From NCBI RefSeq assembly GCF_018977255.1, contig NW_024704742.1, positions 98,270,001 through 98,334,000 of the forward strand: 64,000 nucleotides of DNA, given 5' to 3'. Both the position numbers and the translations under genes were made by a program. Positions 12,901-22,470 of the stretch are shown here, piece after piece. The notes below the pieces were generated by a model. That model did not search any database. It worked only from the letters and a program-made list of their open reading frames with translations, and had not been told where the DNA came from. The DNA is from Callorhinchus milii. Its lineage: Eukaryota. Every line of letters starts with the position of its first letter. Positions within the stretch are counted from its first letter, which is position 1.

Positions 12901-13110
12901 GGGGGGGTCCCGGTTGTGAGGCAGGGGTGGGGGAAATGGGGGTAAGGGAGGAGAGGTTGGCTCCCCGGGTCTGTGTCCGGAGTGGCTGGCGAGTGTGGTG
13001 GGGAATGGGGCAGTCGGTGTGGCTGCTGCTGGACAGCCAACGCCGAATGCCACGGTGAGCCCGGCGGAGGATTCCCAGGCTGGAACAGAGGGAGGTTGTG
13101 GGAGGGTCAC
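9998..13110 (-). mobile_element. Young L2 LINE (~3.1 kb), 5'-truncated just upstream of the APE domain
   Basis: APE endonuclease motifs (LQNVRSL, ALTETWL, RGGGVAL, YRPP, GDFNLH); RT motifs (YRPISNLP, QSGFR…[27 protein letters not shown]); L2 C-terminus ([16 protein letters not shown]); 3' stem-loop and (TTG)n tail near 10000-10070. Confidence 0.97.
10106..13110 (-). pseudogene. Disrupted L2 ORF2 (APE endonuclease-reverse transcriptase)
   Basis: ORFs 10924..13110 and 10106..11041 are split by a 1-nt frameshift near 11105 (the 47 kb copy reads [19 protein letters not shown]). There is a compensated frameshift plus deletion near 12330-12430 and a 9-nt deletion near 10393 (HG-SY versus HGLTPSY). 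Confidence 0.9.
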
Positions 13111-13200
13111 TGTAGAAGAAGACTGTAAGCAACTTCAGGAGGATATACACAGAGTAGTTGATTGGGCAGAGAAATGGCAAATGAAATTTAACGTATCAGA
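13111..13200 (+). mobile_element. CR1 ORF2 fragment, right part (continues 9715..9993)
   Basis: EEDCKQLQEDIHRVVDWAEKWQMKFNV directly follows …LGSVN. Compare VVNSEEDCNQLQADIHRMVEWADMWQMDFNV in the CR1 at 47.5 kb. Confidence 0.9.
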
Positions 13201-13865
13201 AATTTGTCTGAAAGAGCAGGATTAACAGGATTCATTATAAGTGTGGCGATTGTCCTTCCTGTTCAAATGTCAGCTAATTTATTTGTGCCTTTTTCTGAAT
13301 TGTGAATATACAAACAGGAATCGAATTGCATATGCACTAGAGTGTAAAAAAATAGTATTTTGTGCATCAATGCTCTTCTAAAGAATCAAGATAATTTGCA
13401 GTTTAATGTTTCATTTTCTCTGGCATTGGAAATAAAGGCTACAGAAAAGCTTTCCTTCCTCAGTATTAAATTGCATATGAATGTGCATGCATTTTTAAGT
13501 TAACATTGCTATGTTGAACAGTTTGTCACGTTGTTTCAGAGCAAACTTGAGGCATGATGCCACACATCATTAATCCTTTTATGTTTCTGTGATCATATTT
13601 GTGAATAATTCAGGCATAAAAATCCAGATTATTTGAGATATGAACAATGACCCTGTTCAGTAAGGGTTAAATTAAATGCTTGGGCAGAGACGTTTCAGAG
13701 CATTTGGTGTTAAGTGGCATTTTTAGTGGTGGGAAGAATGCAAGATGTTTTCTATTATCTTGGCATCCTCAGTCTCCGAGATAAACTGGACCTGACTAGT
13801 TCTGACTATCCTTCAAAACACAAATACATGTGCCATGGTGTTGGAGTTTAGAATGATAAGCTATC

Positions 13866-14415
13866 AACAACAACAACAAAAGAATTACATTTGTATAGCA
13901 CCTTTCATGTCAGGAGTATGTCCCAAGGTGCTGGACAATCAGTGTTTCTGACCCGAGCTGGGATAGGGATCATGGAGGCAGGGGGATAAGGAAGGTGACT
14001 GAAGACATGGTCGAAGAGGAGGTTCTTGAGACGGGTCTTCAAGGAGGCAAGGGAGGGGTGAGGCAGAGGGATTGCGGGATGGAATTCCAGAGGATGGGGG
14101 CAGAGTGCCTGAAGGCCCACCCGCCAATGGTGGGGTGGTTGAGGCGGGGGACGTGAAGCAGGCCGGATGCCCACTGAACGGAGGGAGCAGGCAGGTTGGT
14201 AGGGGGTTAGGAGGTCACAGAGGTAGGGGGAGCAAGCCAATGGAGGGCTTCGAAAGTGAGGACTAGTATCTTGAACTGTATCCTCTGTGTGATGGGAAGC
14301 CAGTGGAGTCGCGCGAGGATGGGGGTGATAGGGTCCAGCTGCAGAGTTCTGGATGATCTACAGCCTATGGAGGGAGGAGTTGGAGAGGCTGACAAGCAGG
14401 GAGTTTGCATAGTGA
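13866..14415 (-). mobile_element. L2 3' fragment (second subfamily)
   Basis: [27 protein letters not shown]; CDLLTPYQPACSLRS; (CAA)n tail on the + strand at 13866. Confidence 0.92.
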
Positions 14416-15874
14416 AGAGAAGAGAGCTTTGCAGGAGGGTGTTTGTTGTGAGCAGCTTCCAAAACAACCTTCTGGTAAAGAAAAGTCAGCCAAAGGTACA
14501 GCTACACATAGTTTAAATGGCCCTCCCTCTCCCCAATTGCTGACCTGTTTGATTCTCCCTTCTCCTTGTCTCTAGAGATGTGTGGAATGAAATTTCAGTT
14601 GGTGTTACAAATAATGCCTTGCTTGTAGGGTCTTACATTGTGAGATTAAAATTGGGAAAATCGCATTAGCGGCTGATATCGCCAAAGATGCTAAGCAAAA
14701 TGCTGACTGAAATTTCAGATGACCACTGTAACTAAATTGACTTCCGCTATGTTCGGATGTAATGTGTATGAAATAAAACTATTTACTTGTTATTAGCTAT
14801 CAATTCATTAAAGTTAGCTTGCTTTATTCATCCTTTATTGCTGGGCTCTGTTGTCAAGTTGTGTATTGAGAGTCCAGTGACACTAGGCCTAGGATACAAC
14901 TGTTAACATCACCTGCAGGGTTGTTTTTCTCAAGAATTATTTTTTGTATGTATTCTACTGCTCACCTCTCTATTTGACCTGAACAGCTCGATGCTGTAAG
15001 ACTGAAGAGGATGGGATTGATAATCTGAAAAGTTGAGATCAAAAGGGCTGAAGGGCCTTCTTCACCTGAACCACTCTTGAGTTAGCAAGAAGAATAAATG
15101 CCTCTATACTGTGGCTGTATGCTTCGCAGCAATAGTCTTAGGTCATACTCAAGGGCAAAAAAACAGCTAGCTGACCGAACGCAGCCTTTAATTTCAGAGG
15201 ACTTGTTTAAGGAGTTTCTCAGTGGCTATGCATACCTCAAGAAGTTTGTGCTCACAATTATGTTCTTTTATTGAACATAGAGTATGTCAGACCAGCACAA
15301 ATTGATTGGCGTTACTCCCCATGTGATCAACTGCATGTGATGTTGTCCACTGGTTTAGTGGGAAGCCATGCTTTTCCTTTGTTTATTGTGTGCCAAATGT
15401 TTATTATATTTAGAAAAAATCTAAATCAAATTGAAACCAGCGAATGAGCAACCTTACAGATTCATCTGTGCTCAGTCATATCATTTAGATGATTTTTGAT
15501 TTTGGAACTGATTTGATATGTAGCCATAAAATTAACTTTTATAAAGGCAATGCTTTTCTCTGTCTTTTTTAAACAAAGTTTATTTGTTGTTTTTTAGGTT
15601 TTTGCAGATAGTGTATCTTGATAGGATCCTTGGGTCATACACACAGCACCACCTTCTCAACTTGCATTATATATGAGTTTCTGACAAGCCAAGTACAATA
15701 AAGTACCTGTGGATGACGCTGACAGCTGGTGCTGTTGTTCAGTTTTGCCCAAGAGGGGATGGGATGGTTTAGAGGGCTATTGGCTTACTCGACCAATCAT
15801 TGAATTCTTGTCATTTTTTCTTCAATTGGTTTGGATTTTTTTTGGTTGAGACTTTAAATCAAGTTTAAATCTGG

Positions 15875-16085
15875 TTTTCACCTGGATGCTAAAGATTCCA
15901 TTGATGTTATTCGAAAAGAGAAGGGAGTTTCTGCCGTTGACCTGGCCAGCAAACCTACAAATAAATTGCTCATTGATTTCATGACTATTTATTTATGGGG
16001 TCTTGCTGGTTCGTAAAAACTATGTAAAAATATAGTTTTTACTTTAAAGGGTAATTACTTGTGAAACATTCAAGACATTCAACTT
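15875..16085 (+). mobile_element. Degraded Deu-domain SINE
   Basis: TGGATGCTAAAGATTCCA…GAAAAGAGAAGGGAGTTTCTGCC…CCTGGCCAGC is the Deu core. Confidence 0.6.
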
Positions 16086-16127
16086 GACAAGGCCCAATCA
16101 AAACACAAGTCCAAAACAGTTCAAACT

Positions 16128-16417
16128 GTGGAGTCCTGTAGCTCAGTGGTTAGAGCACTCACTTTGCAAGCGAGAGACCTGGGTTCAATTCCCAGTAGGG
16201 TGAAACCTTGGGCAAGTTTCCTTACTCTACACGCCTGATAATAATCCCTCCAAAAAAAAATTCGTAATTTCAATCCACGACTGTTTGTGGGACACTGCTG
16301 TGTGCAATTGGCTGCCACATTTCGCCCACAAATATAGTCAATTCACTTTACAGCATATTCTGTGAAGTGCTTTGAGACGTGAAAAGCGCTATATCAAATG
16401 AAAGGATTATTATTATT
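16128..16417 (+). mobile_element. tRNA-derived SINE with both head and tail
   Basis: GTGGAGTCCTG head, A box TAGCTCAGTGG, B box GGTTCAATTCC, L2-type tail and (ATT)n. Confidence 0.95.
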
Positions 16418-16864
16418 AAATGGTTGAGTACTTTTTGGGGATTAGTACTTGCAGTGTGTGCCCATGTTTGTACGTGTATATGGTAGCAGGGTGCTGTGTG
16501 TTGTATTCTTCTGTTGTTGCTTATACTTCAGGAGTGAGGCCTGGATCCTCTGACTGATTTAATTTGCGTTACATTTGTTTTTCATAGAACTGTCTGACTG
16601 AAGGAGAAGGTCTCGTGCATGAGTACAGTACATAAGTGTGGGAATGATTTGGAGCCATAGAAAAGCTAACCCCTAAGCCTCACTTTCTTGAAATGCTTGG
16701 ACCATTTCTCCTTCACAGAGATCCTCATAACTTTCACTTTGTTTGTCAATTGTGACCCACATCACTCAATTACTCTTGCCCTGATCTCTGTTCACAGCCA
16801 GGCTACCAAATTAATTCCTGTTGAACCAAGCTCCATGTACTTGAACTGGAGAAGGTGACAGTTC

Positions 16865-17136
16865 TAATAATAATGATAATCCTTGCATTTGATATAGCAC
16901 TTTATCACATCATTGTGCTGTGCGTAATTGGCTGCCACGTTTCGCCCACAAAATGTACAGTCAATGCACTTTACAGAATATTCTGTGAAGTGCTTTGAGA
17001 AGTCTTAAAGCCGTGATAAGGCACTATACTAAATGCAAGGATTATTATTATTATAGGATTACTATTATTGAGACATTTTAAAGCACTTCCCAGAATATAC
17101 TGTAAAGTGCATTGACTGTGTATTTTGTGGGTGAAA
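16865..17136. mobile_element. Cluster of three SINE 3' fragments in -,+,- orientation
   Basis: Minus tail 16865-16910, plus fragment 16915-17055 and minus fragment 17070-17136 are mutually inverted. Confidence 0.85.
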
Positions 17137-17214
17137 TCTTGAAGAGGACTGCCTGCATCTTATTATTCACTTGATCACATGGTCCCACTCCGTTAGACAT
17201 CCAAAAGTACCGCA

Positions 17215-17570
17215 TGTTAAAACAATGTGAGGCAGCAGTAAACAAAGCAAACAGGGTGGACTACCTTGCCAAATCAGTTAAGGTTAGATTTCCAGATACC
17301 ATGGTCAAGATGTACAGTGCTCTGGTCAGGCATCGAGTACAGACCATAGCACAGTACATCTTGAACATGACTTCAAGTACAGTGTGCATATGGAGTACTG
17401 TATACCTCTGTATACCTCATCTGGTCACTGTGACATAAGGGAGTCCAGACCCTACAGGCGTTGGGGAGGAGAGCAACAAGGATGATACCCAGTATTAGAG
17501 AATAAGCTAGGGATCTTCAGCCTTGAAAAGAAACATCTGAGAGGGAACCTTACAAGGGTGTACAAGAATT
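17215..17570 (+). mobile_element. Degraded CR1 ORF2 fragment
   Basis: QCEAAVNKANRV…MVKMYSALVR, then QRRATRMIP-like and LEKKHLRGNL-like segments. Confidence 0.75.
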
Positions 17571-18020
17571 ATATTTTGCCCCTCTCAAGTGCCTTTGGTT
17601 TTTTTCTGCTGGTGCAGTTTGATGAAGACAATAATAATAATGCTAATGAAGACAATGTGGGGACTATGATGAAGAACATTTTGAATGGATGTAAAAGACT
17701 GGGAAAGATATTCATTGAGGAAACACAATTGTGGCTATTAATATATTGGAAGGGATGACCTTCAAGACATGTTTACTTGGGGAATGAGGTATTGCATTGA
17801 TCCCAAAGCACATGAATGCTCATCTATGATGACCATTTATTTCACAAAGGACAGTATCCATTGTAATATTTTGGATGGTGGCTATTAGGGAACTGCCTGA
17901 TGTTAAGGTAATTAAAAGAAAATTAAAGATTTTTAAAACAAAGGCTTGGTATGTTTTATTATCCAGGTGTGCTTTTTGATGACTTCAACACAATGTGCTT
18001 GCTATTGATTTCTTGACAAG

Positions 18021-18100
18021 CACTGCATTTCATCCTCATTATAACACAATCCTTGGGAGCCAAACTCTGTCTGTGTTATAATGAGGTATGCCTTACAGTG
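18021..18100. mobile_element. Small hairpin MITE-like element
   Basis: Perfect 15-bp inverted repeat CCTCATTATAACACA (18034-18048) / TGTGTTATAATGAGG (18072-18086), with outer CACTG/CAGTG. Confidence 0.6.
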
Positions 18101-19223
18101 AATGTCTCACATTTTCCATAAAATGGACCATTGAAAAGTCAGAAGCCAAAGTTCAGTTGCCCTAAAACAGAATCAGTGTTATTGTAAAGATACCATGTAC
18201 CTGTTCCCCAAACCTGTTAGCTAACATTTTGCTGTCTTTTACTTTTATTGATCCACTTATGCTCCAACCTCTCTGGTTTTGACCTGGATACTTTGGTAGT
18301 GGACATTAAAAGTTGTTGTATTTTTATATTTTATGATCTTTAATTCACCTCTGACCTCAATTCTTTTGTTCCGTTGCAGGTTTCTGTGGTTAGTTTTTAG
18401 GCTTCTAAAAATAAAAGATGCAGTAATGGCACAGACACATTGGGCAGAATGACTTTCTTCTGTGCTGAAAAGTTCTGTGTTTCCTGTTTCTGTCTACACC
18501 AATAAGGTGTTATCAATTGTATTCCAAATTTTCCTCTGGATCCTCCCTCTCAAATTTAAAACTCATCAAAATTTACACTCTAGCAGATTCTTTCTCAGGA
18601 TCTTAGCCGTGTAAATCCATATTTCCCCCATCTTCCCGCCCTTGTACATGACTTTTAAAACTCAGGTTTGGTTTTGCTTAACCTCTGATTCTTATCTTAT
18701 ATTACTTTTTCTCTGCAATTCTTTTCGATCCTTCATTTAAGTTCTGAATGTTTGTGTTTTTTTAATATAAAAAACAAGTTATGTCTTATGATTAGAGCTA
18801 TTAATTATCACTGTTTCAATGAATTTCCGTAATCCAGAAAGCAAACTAATGTCATGATCCCACCTTTTGCTTTGCCCGATCTCACTCCCCATCCGGTTTT
18901 GTACTTGGCAAAGGGTGGAAGTCTAAATCAATGGTTCTCTCACCAATCTTATATCCTCCATCTTTCTTTAGGCACCAATTTTGGACATTCTAAAATGCTA
19001 AGAAAATATAGTAAACTAATATATTGACCCTGGTTAACTTGTCATGACAACTTAAGTAGCCATGCTGTCAATATCCTGGTCACTTCCCATGCAAATATAT
19101 TAATAAGGGTCTCCACTTTACTTGTCACTCAGCTTAACATATATCTAGCCGTATTTAGAAAAAAAAATTAGAAATTTTTGTAAGTACTTACTTTGGATAA
19201 CTTGTCCTGTAAGTTGGTGTCTT

Positions 19224-19516
19224 GCATCACAGAGGCCTCCCACCCTATCCTGTGATTGGTGCAGGTGTATGGCGTAGATTGGGTGCGCATGTTCAGATGC
19301 ATCGCAGAGGCCTCTGTTCTATTGCAGGGCCATGTGATGGGCTCCTGCCCCACCTCCCACCCTATCCTATGACAGGATAGGACAGGTGGCCACAGCACAG
19401 CCCTCCAACAGACCAGAGGCCACTGTGATAGGTGGGAGACAATGGTGTGGCCCTCCAATAGACCAGGCGTCTCTATGATGCATCTGAGCATACTCGCCCA
19501 ACCTCTGCCAAGCACC
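19224..19516. repeat. GC-rich foldback (long imperfect palindrome) with internal direct repeats
   Basis: Arm 19264-19332 is inverted with 19448-19516. There is an internal hairpin CCTATCCT-atgac-AGGATAGG, and CTCCCACCCTATCCT occurs twice. Confidence 0.75.
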
Positions 19517-19798
19517 CCTTTGTGGCCAGGGAGGTCCTATGCCTAACTCACCCCTCTGGATAACTCGTCGCTGAGCTCTTTTCCCTTGGAGTGATGACTT
19601 ATCTGGGGTAGAATGTAGAATAAATCCAAACCCAGGTGGAATTTCTGCCCCATGATGTTTAGAGATTAATGTTTGTTCACACATGACATTTCTTTCTCCA
19701 AGGAGCCATTCTTACTCTTGGATACTGGATAGTGAGTCTCACCAAACAGTTCATCTCCCAAATGAGTCCTTAACCAGCATCCGTACAGAAAGACCCTT

Positions 19799-20030
19799 AC
19801 AGGAACTGAACTACCATTCTCAGCGGAACTGAACAACTATGTTCAAAGGAATTGAATGTCAATCCCAGAGGAACTGAAGAACAGTATTCAGAGGAACTGA
19901 ATATCTATCTCATAGGAACTAAATATTCTTCTTAGAGGAACCGAACAGCTGTGTTCAGAGGGATTCAGCAACAACATTCCGAGGAACTGAACAACAATGT
20001 TCAGAGAAACTGAACAACCACACTCAGAAA
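19799..20030 (+). repeat. Degenerate minisatellite, ~10 units of 22-23 bp, core AGAGGAACTGAA
   Basis: Units start at about 19799, 19822, 19845, 19867, 19890, 19912, 19934, 19957, 19980 and 20003. Confidence 0.9.
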
Positions 20031-21034
20031 TCGGAGCATTACATGCCCTTAATACTCCACTGCTAAACCATAGGAACAGACTGAGCTTCTTCTGAAGTAC
20101 AGATATACGAGTAGCAATTCAGGGAAATAGGAGTTTCAAAATTCTCTTTAGAACATCACTATCTTTCTTTTCCAGTTCATTTTCTTGCCTCTTCCTCCTC
20201 CCTACCAATCCTCTCCCACCTCATTTCTGTATTTGTTTATCTATTTTTTCTTTCCTTATTCGAAAGTAATTGCCTCTCATCACACATATTCATTCTGGCA
20301 TGATCAAAAAAAAATGCAGTTTGGAGAGTATGAATTGTTCAGCTGTTTACTTCATATCTGTTTTACGTATTCATTATCATAGACTATTAGCGTGTAATGT
20401 ATTATTTTGCCTCTTCAATCCGGATGAAATGTTTCACCTGCAATTGCAAAAATGCATAAGAACAATCTGAATGACACAGAGACTGACATTCCCTCTTGAT
20501 ACTAAATTGGGGGAATTATGTGTTCTTTAAAATTATTAATGAAGCACCAACAAAATCGCACAAGTGTCAAGAATTGCTAAGTGTCCTATGTGAGGAATGC
20601 TATTTTATTAACGTTAATGAAAAAGTAGCAGTCACTGCTCATTTTCGAAGCCGCCAACAAACCACTTAACACCTATAGAATGTGAAAGGAGAAACTTGCA
20701 TTTTATAGCGCTTTATAATATCGCAACATGCTTTGCGAATAATTATGGTCAAGTATTGTGACTGTTTTCTAACGTTCTAGGATGCACCTGAGGAGTAGGG
20801 AATAACCATGAAAAGGACATTTTACACGTCCTTGTGAGAAACAATCATTTGCAAATGACATGGTAGCTGTAGCGGAGGTGGGAAAGAGACATGGTCAGTG
20901 TGAAACTGACTGTTATTGTAAAGTTGTTCAAATACTAGAATCAATCTCAAGGGCATTTCACTAGAAATTGAAACAATCTAACTGTCGTCCTCCAGATATG
21001 TCAAAGATGAGCGACATTTGGAATGACGTGTGAA

Positions 21035-21440
21035 ATTATGGCCAGTCTACCTTGAAAAGGACATTGAAGCAAGCTTCAGAGAAGAGCAGCAAGGATGTTC
21101 CCAGGACTTCAGTTATGAGGAGAGGATCAGAGAACAGAATTTATTACATTAGAAACACAGATAAATCTGGACATGATCCATGTATTTAAATGACGAGAGT
21201 TAGAGATGATAGGGTCCAATTTGTGAGCTTGTTAACACCACATTTACAAATATTTGTGTTGGGTTAGCCACGGGCAATTGCATAGCAAATGCCTTTATTT
21301 GAATTTGCATACGGTAACCCAACCTGTTCATTTTGTACATGGGTTATTAACCTAAATCACAAATTGAAGCGAAAGGTTAATATAAGTAAGGCTGAGATTG
21401 TATGGGCCGAATGGCCCTCTTCATCCAAACCAATCTTGTG
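21035..21440 (+). mobile_element. Old CR1 3' remnant interrupted by a MITE
   Basis: KDIEA…QRRAARMFPGL…SYEER-like segment, and 3'UTR TATGGGCCGAATGGCC. Confidence 0.6.
21217..21366. mobile_element. Palindromic MITE-like element (family shared with 1131..1362)
   Basis: Terminal CAATTTGTGA/TCACAAATTG; inner GTTGGGTTAGCCACGGGCAA / TTGCATACGGTAACCCAAC. Confidence 0.65.
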
Positions 21441-21441
21441 A

Positions 21442-22014
21442 TAAGAACATAAGAACATAAGAACATAAGAAATAGGAGCAGGAGTAGGCCATTCAGCCCC
21501 TCGAGCCTGCCCCGACATTTAATAAGATCACGGTTAATCTTCTAATTCCATTTACCCGCCCTATCCCCATATCCCTTAATCCCTATAGTTTTTAAAAAAT
21601 CTATCGATCTCAGTCTTGAATATGTTCAATGGCTGAGCATCCACAGCTTTCTGGGGTAGAGAATTCCATAAATTCACTATCCTCTGAGTGAAGAAATGTT
21701 TTCTCAACTCAGTTCTAAAGAGCTGACCTTTAATCCTGAGACTATGACCCCTAGTTTTAGATTCTCCAACCAGGGGAAACAGTCTCACACTATCTACCCT
21801 GTCAAGACCCTTAAGAATCTTATTGGTTTCTATAATATCACCTCTAATTCTCCTATATTCTAGAGAATATAGACCTAGTCTACTTAAACCGCTCCTCATA
21901 GGTCAACCTCCTCATCCCAGGAACTAACCTAGTGAACCTACGTTGCACCCCCTCTAAGGCGAGTATATCCTTTCTTAGATAAGGAGACCAAACTGCACAC
22001 AATATTCCAGGTGC
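21442..22014 (-). mobile_element. Young CR1 LINE 3' fragment with octamer tail
   Basis: ORF 21576..21899 reads LGLYSLEYRRIRGDIIE…TRGHSLRI…FFTQRIVNLWNSLP; (AAGAACAT)n tail on the + strand at 21443. Confidence 0.95.
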
Positions 22015-22039
22015 AAATAAATTGACCTTTGCAACCCTA

Positions 22040-22470
22040 TACCAGTGATCTCTTGTTCTGCTGTCTCAGGGCATCTACAATCACATTTTGTGTAAGCCAG
22101 TTAATCAGAAAATCATCTCAGCTAGCCTTACTGATAACTACATAATACCAACAATAGCAAAGTTACTTAAGAAAGCATCAAACAACAAACGGCCATTTGA
22201 TCATTAACCCACTTCTTCCACAGATAACACAAAACATATCATTGACTTCAATTCATCATTTCATCCAATGCCCCACCAATGCCCTTGCTGTCTTTCCCAG
22301 AATTCTAGGAATGATTGACTGCACAAATGTGGAACTATATTCACCTTCAGACCCTGAAATCATTGAATCCACTCAGAAACTTTATGAACAAGGAAATACA
22401 AGGTGTTGCCAAACATATTGCCCATGTTATGGTAGGCTCTAGAATACTTTCTTGACCCACACATTGTTGC
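22040..22470 (+). mobile_element. PIF/Harbinger (HARBI1-like) DDE transposase remnant
   Basis: ORF 22197..22442 contains AVFPRILGMIDCTNVELYSP, matching the Harbinger motif GFPxVxGAIDCTHVxIxxP around the first catalytic Asp. Confidence 0.65.

Noticed and set aside
9913-13225. Many overlapping Pro/Ser- or Gly/Arg-rich ORFs
   Set aside because: They are alternative-frame and antisense shadows of the strand-skewed L2 ORF2.
16128-16200. tRNA genes at SINE heads (also 33927, 56606, 58635, 60775)
   Set aside because: A/B boxes are present, but the acceptor stem is poor and each runs into the SINE body and L2-type tail.
17558-17910. Acidic ORF (FDEDNNNNANED…) as an exon or pseudogene
   Set aside because: It starts in a CR1 remnant, has stops in all frames and shows no homology I can recognise.
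19799-20030. CRISPR-like repeat/spacer appearance
   Set aside because: The core (~12 bp) and linkers (~10 bp) are too short, the linkers resemble each other, there are no cas genes and the context is vertebrate. It is a minisatellite.
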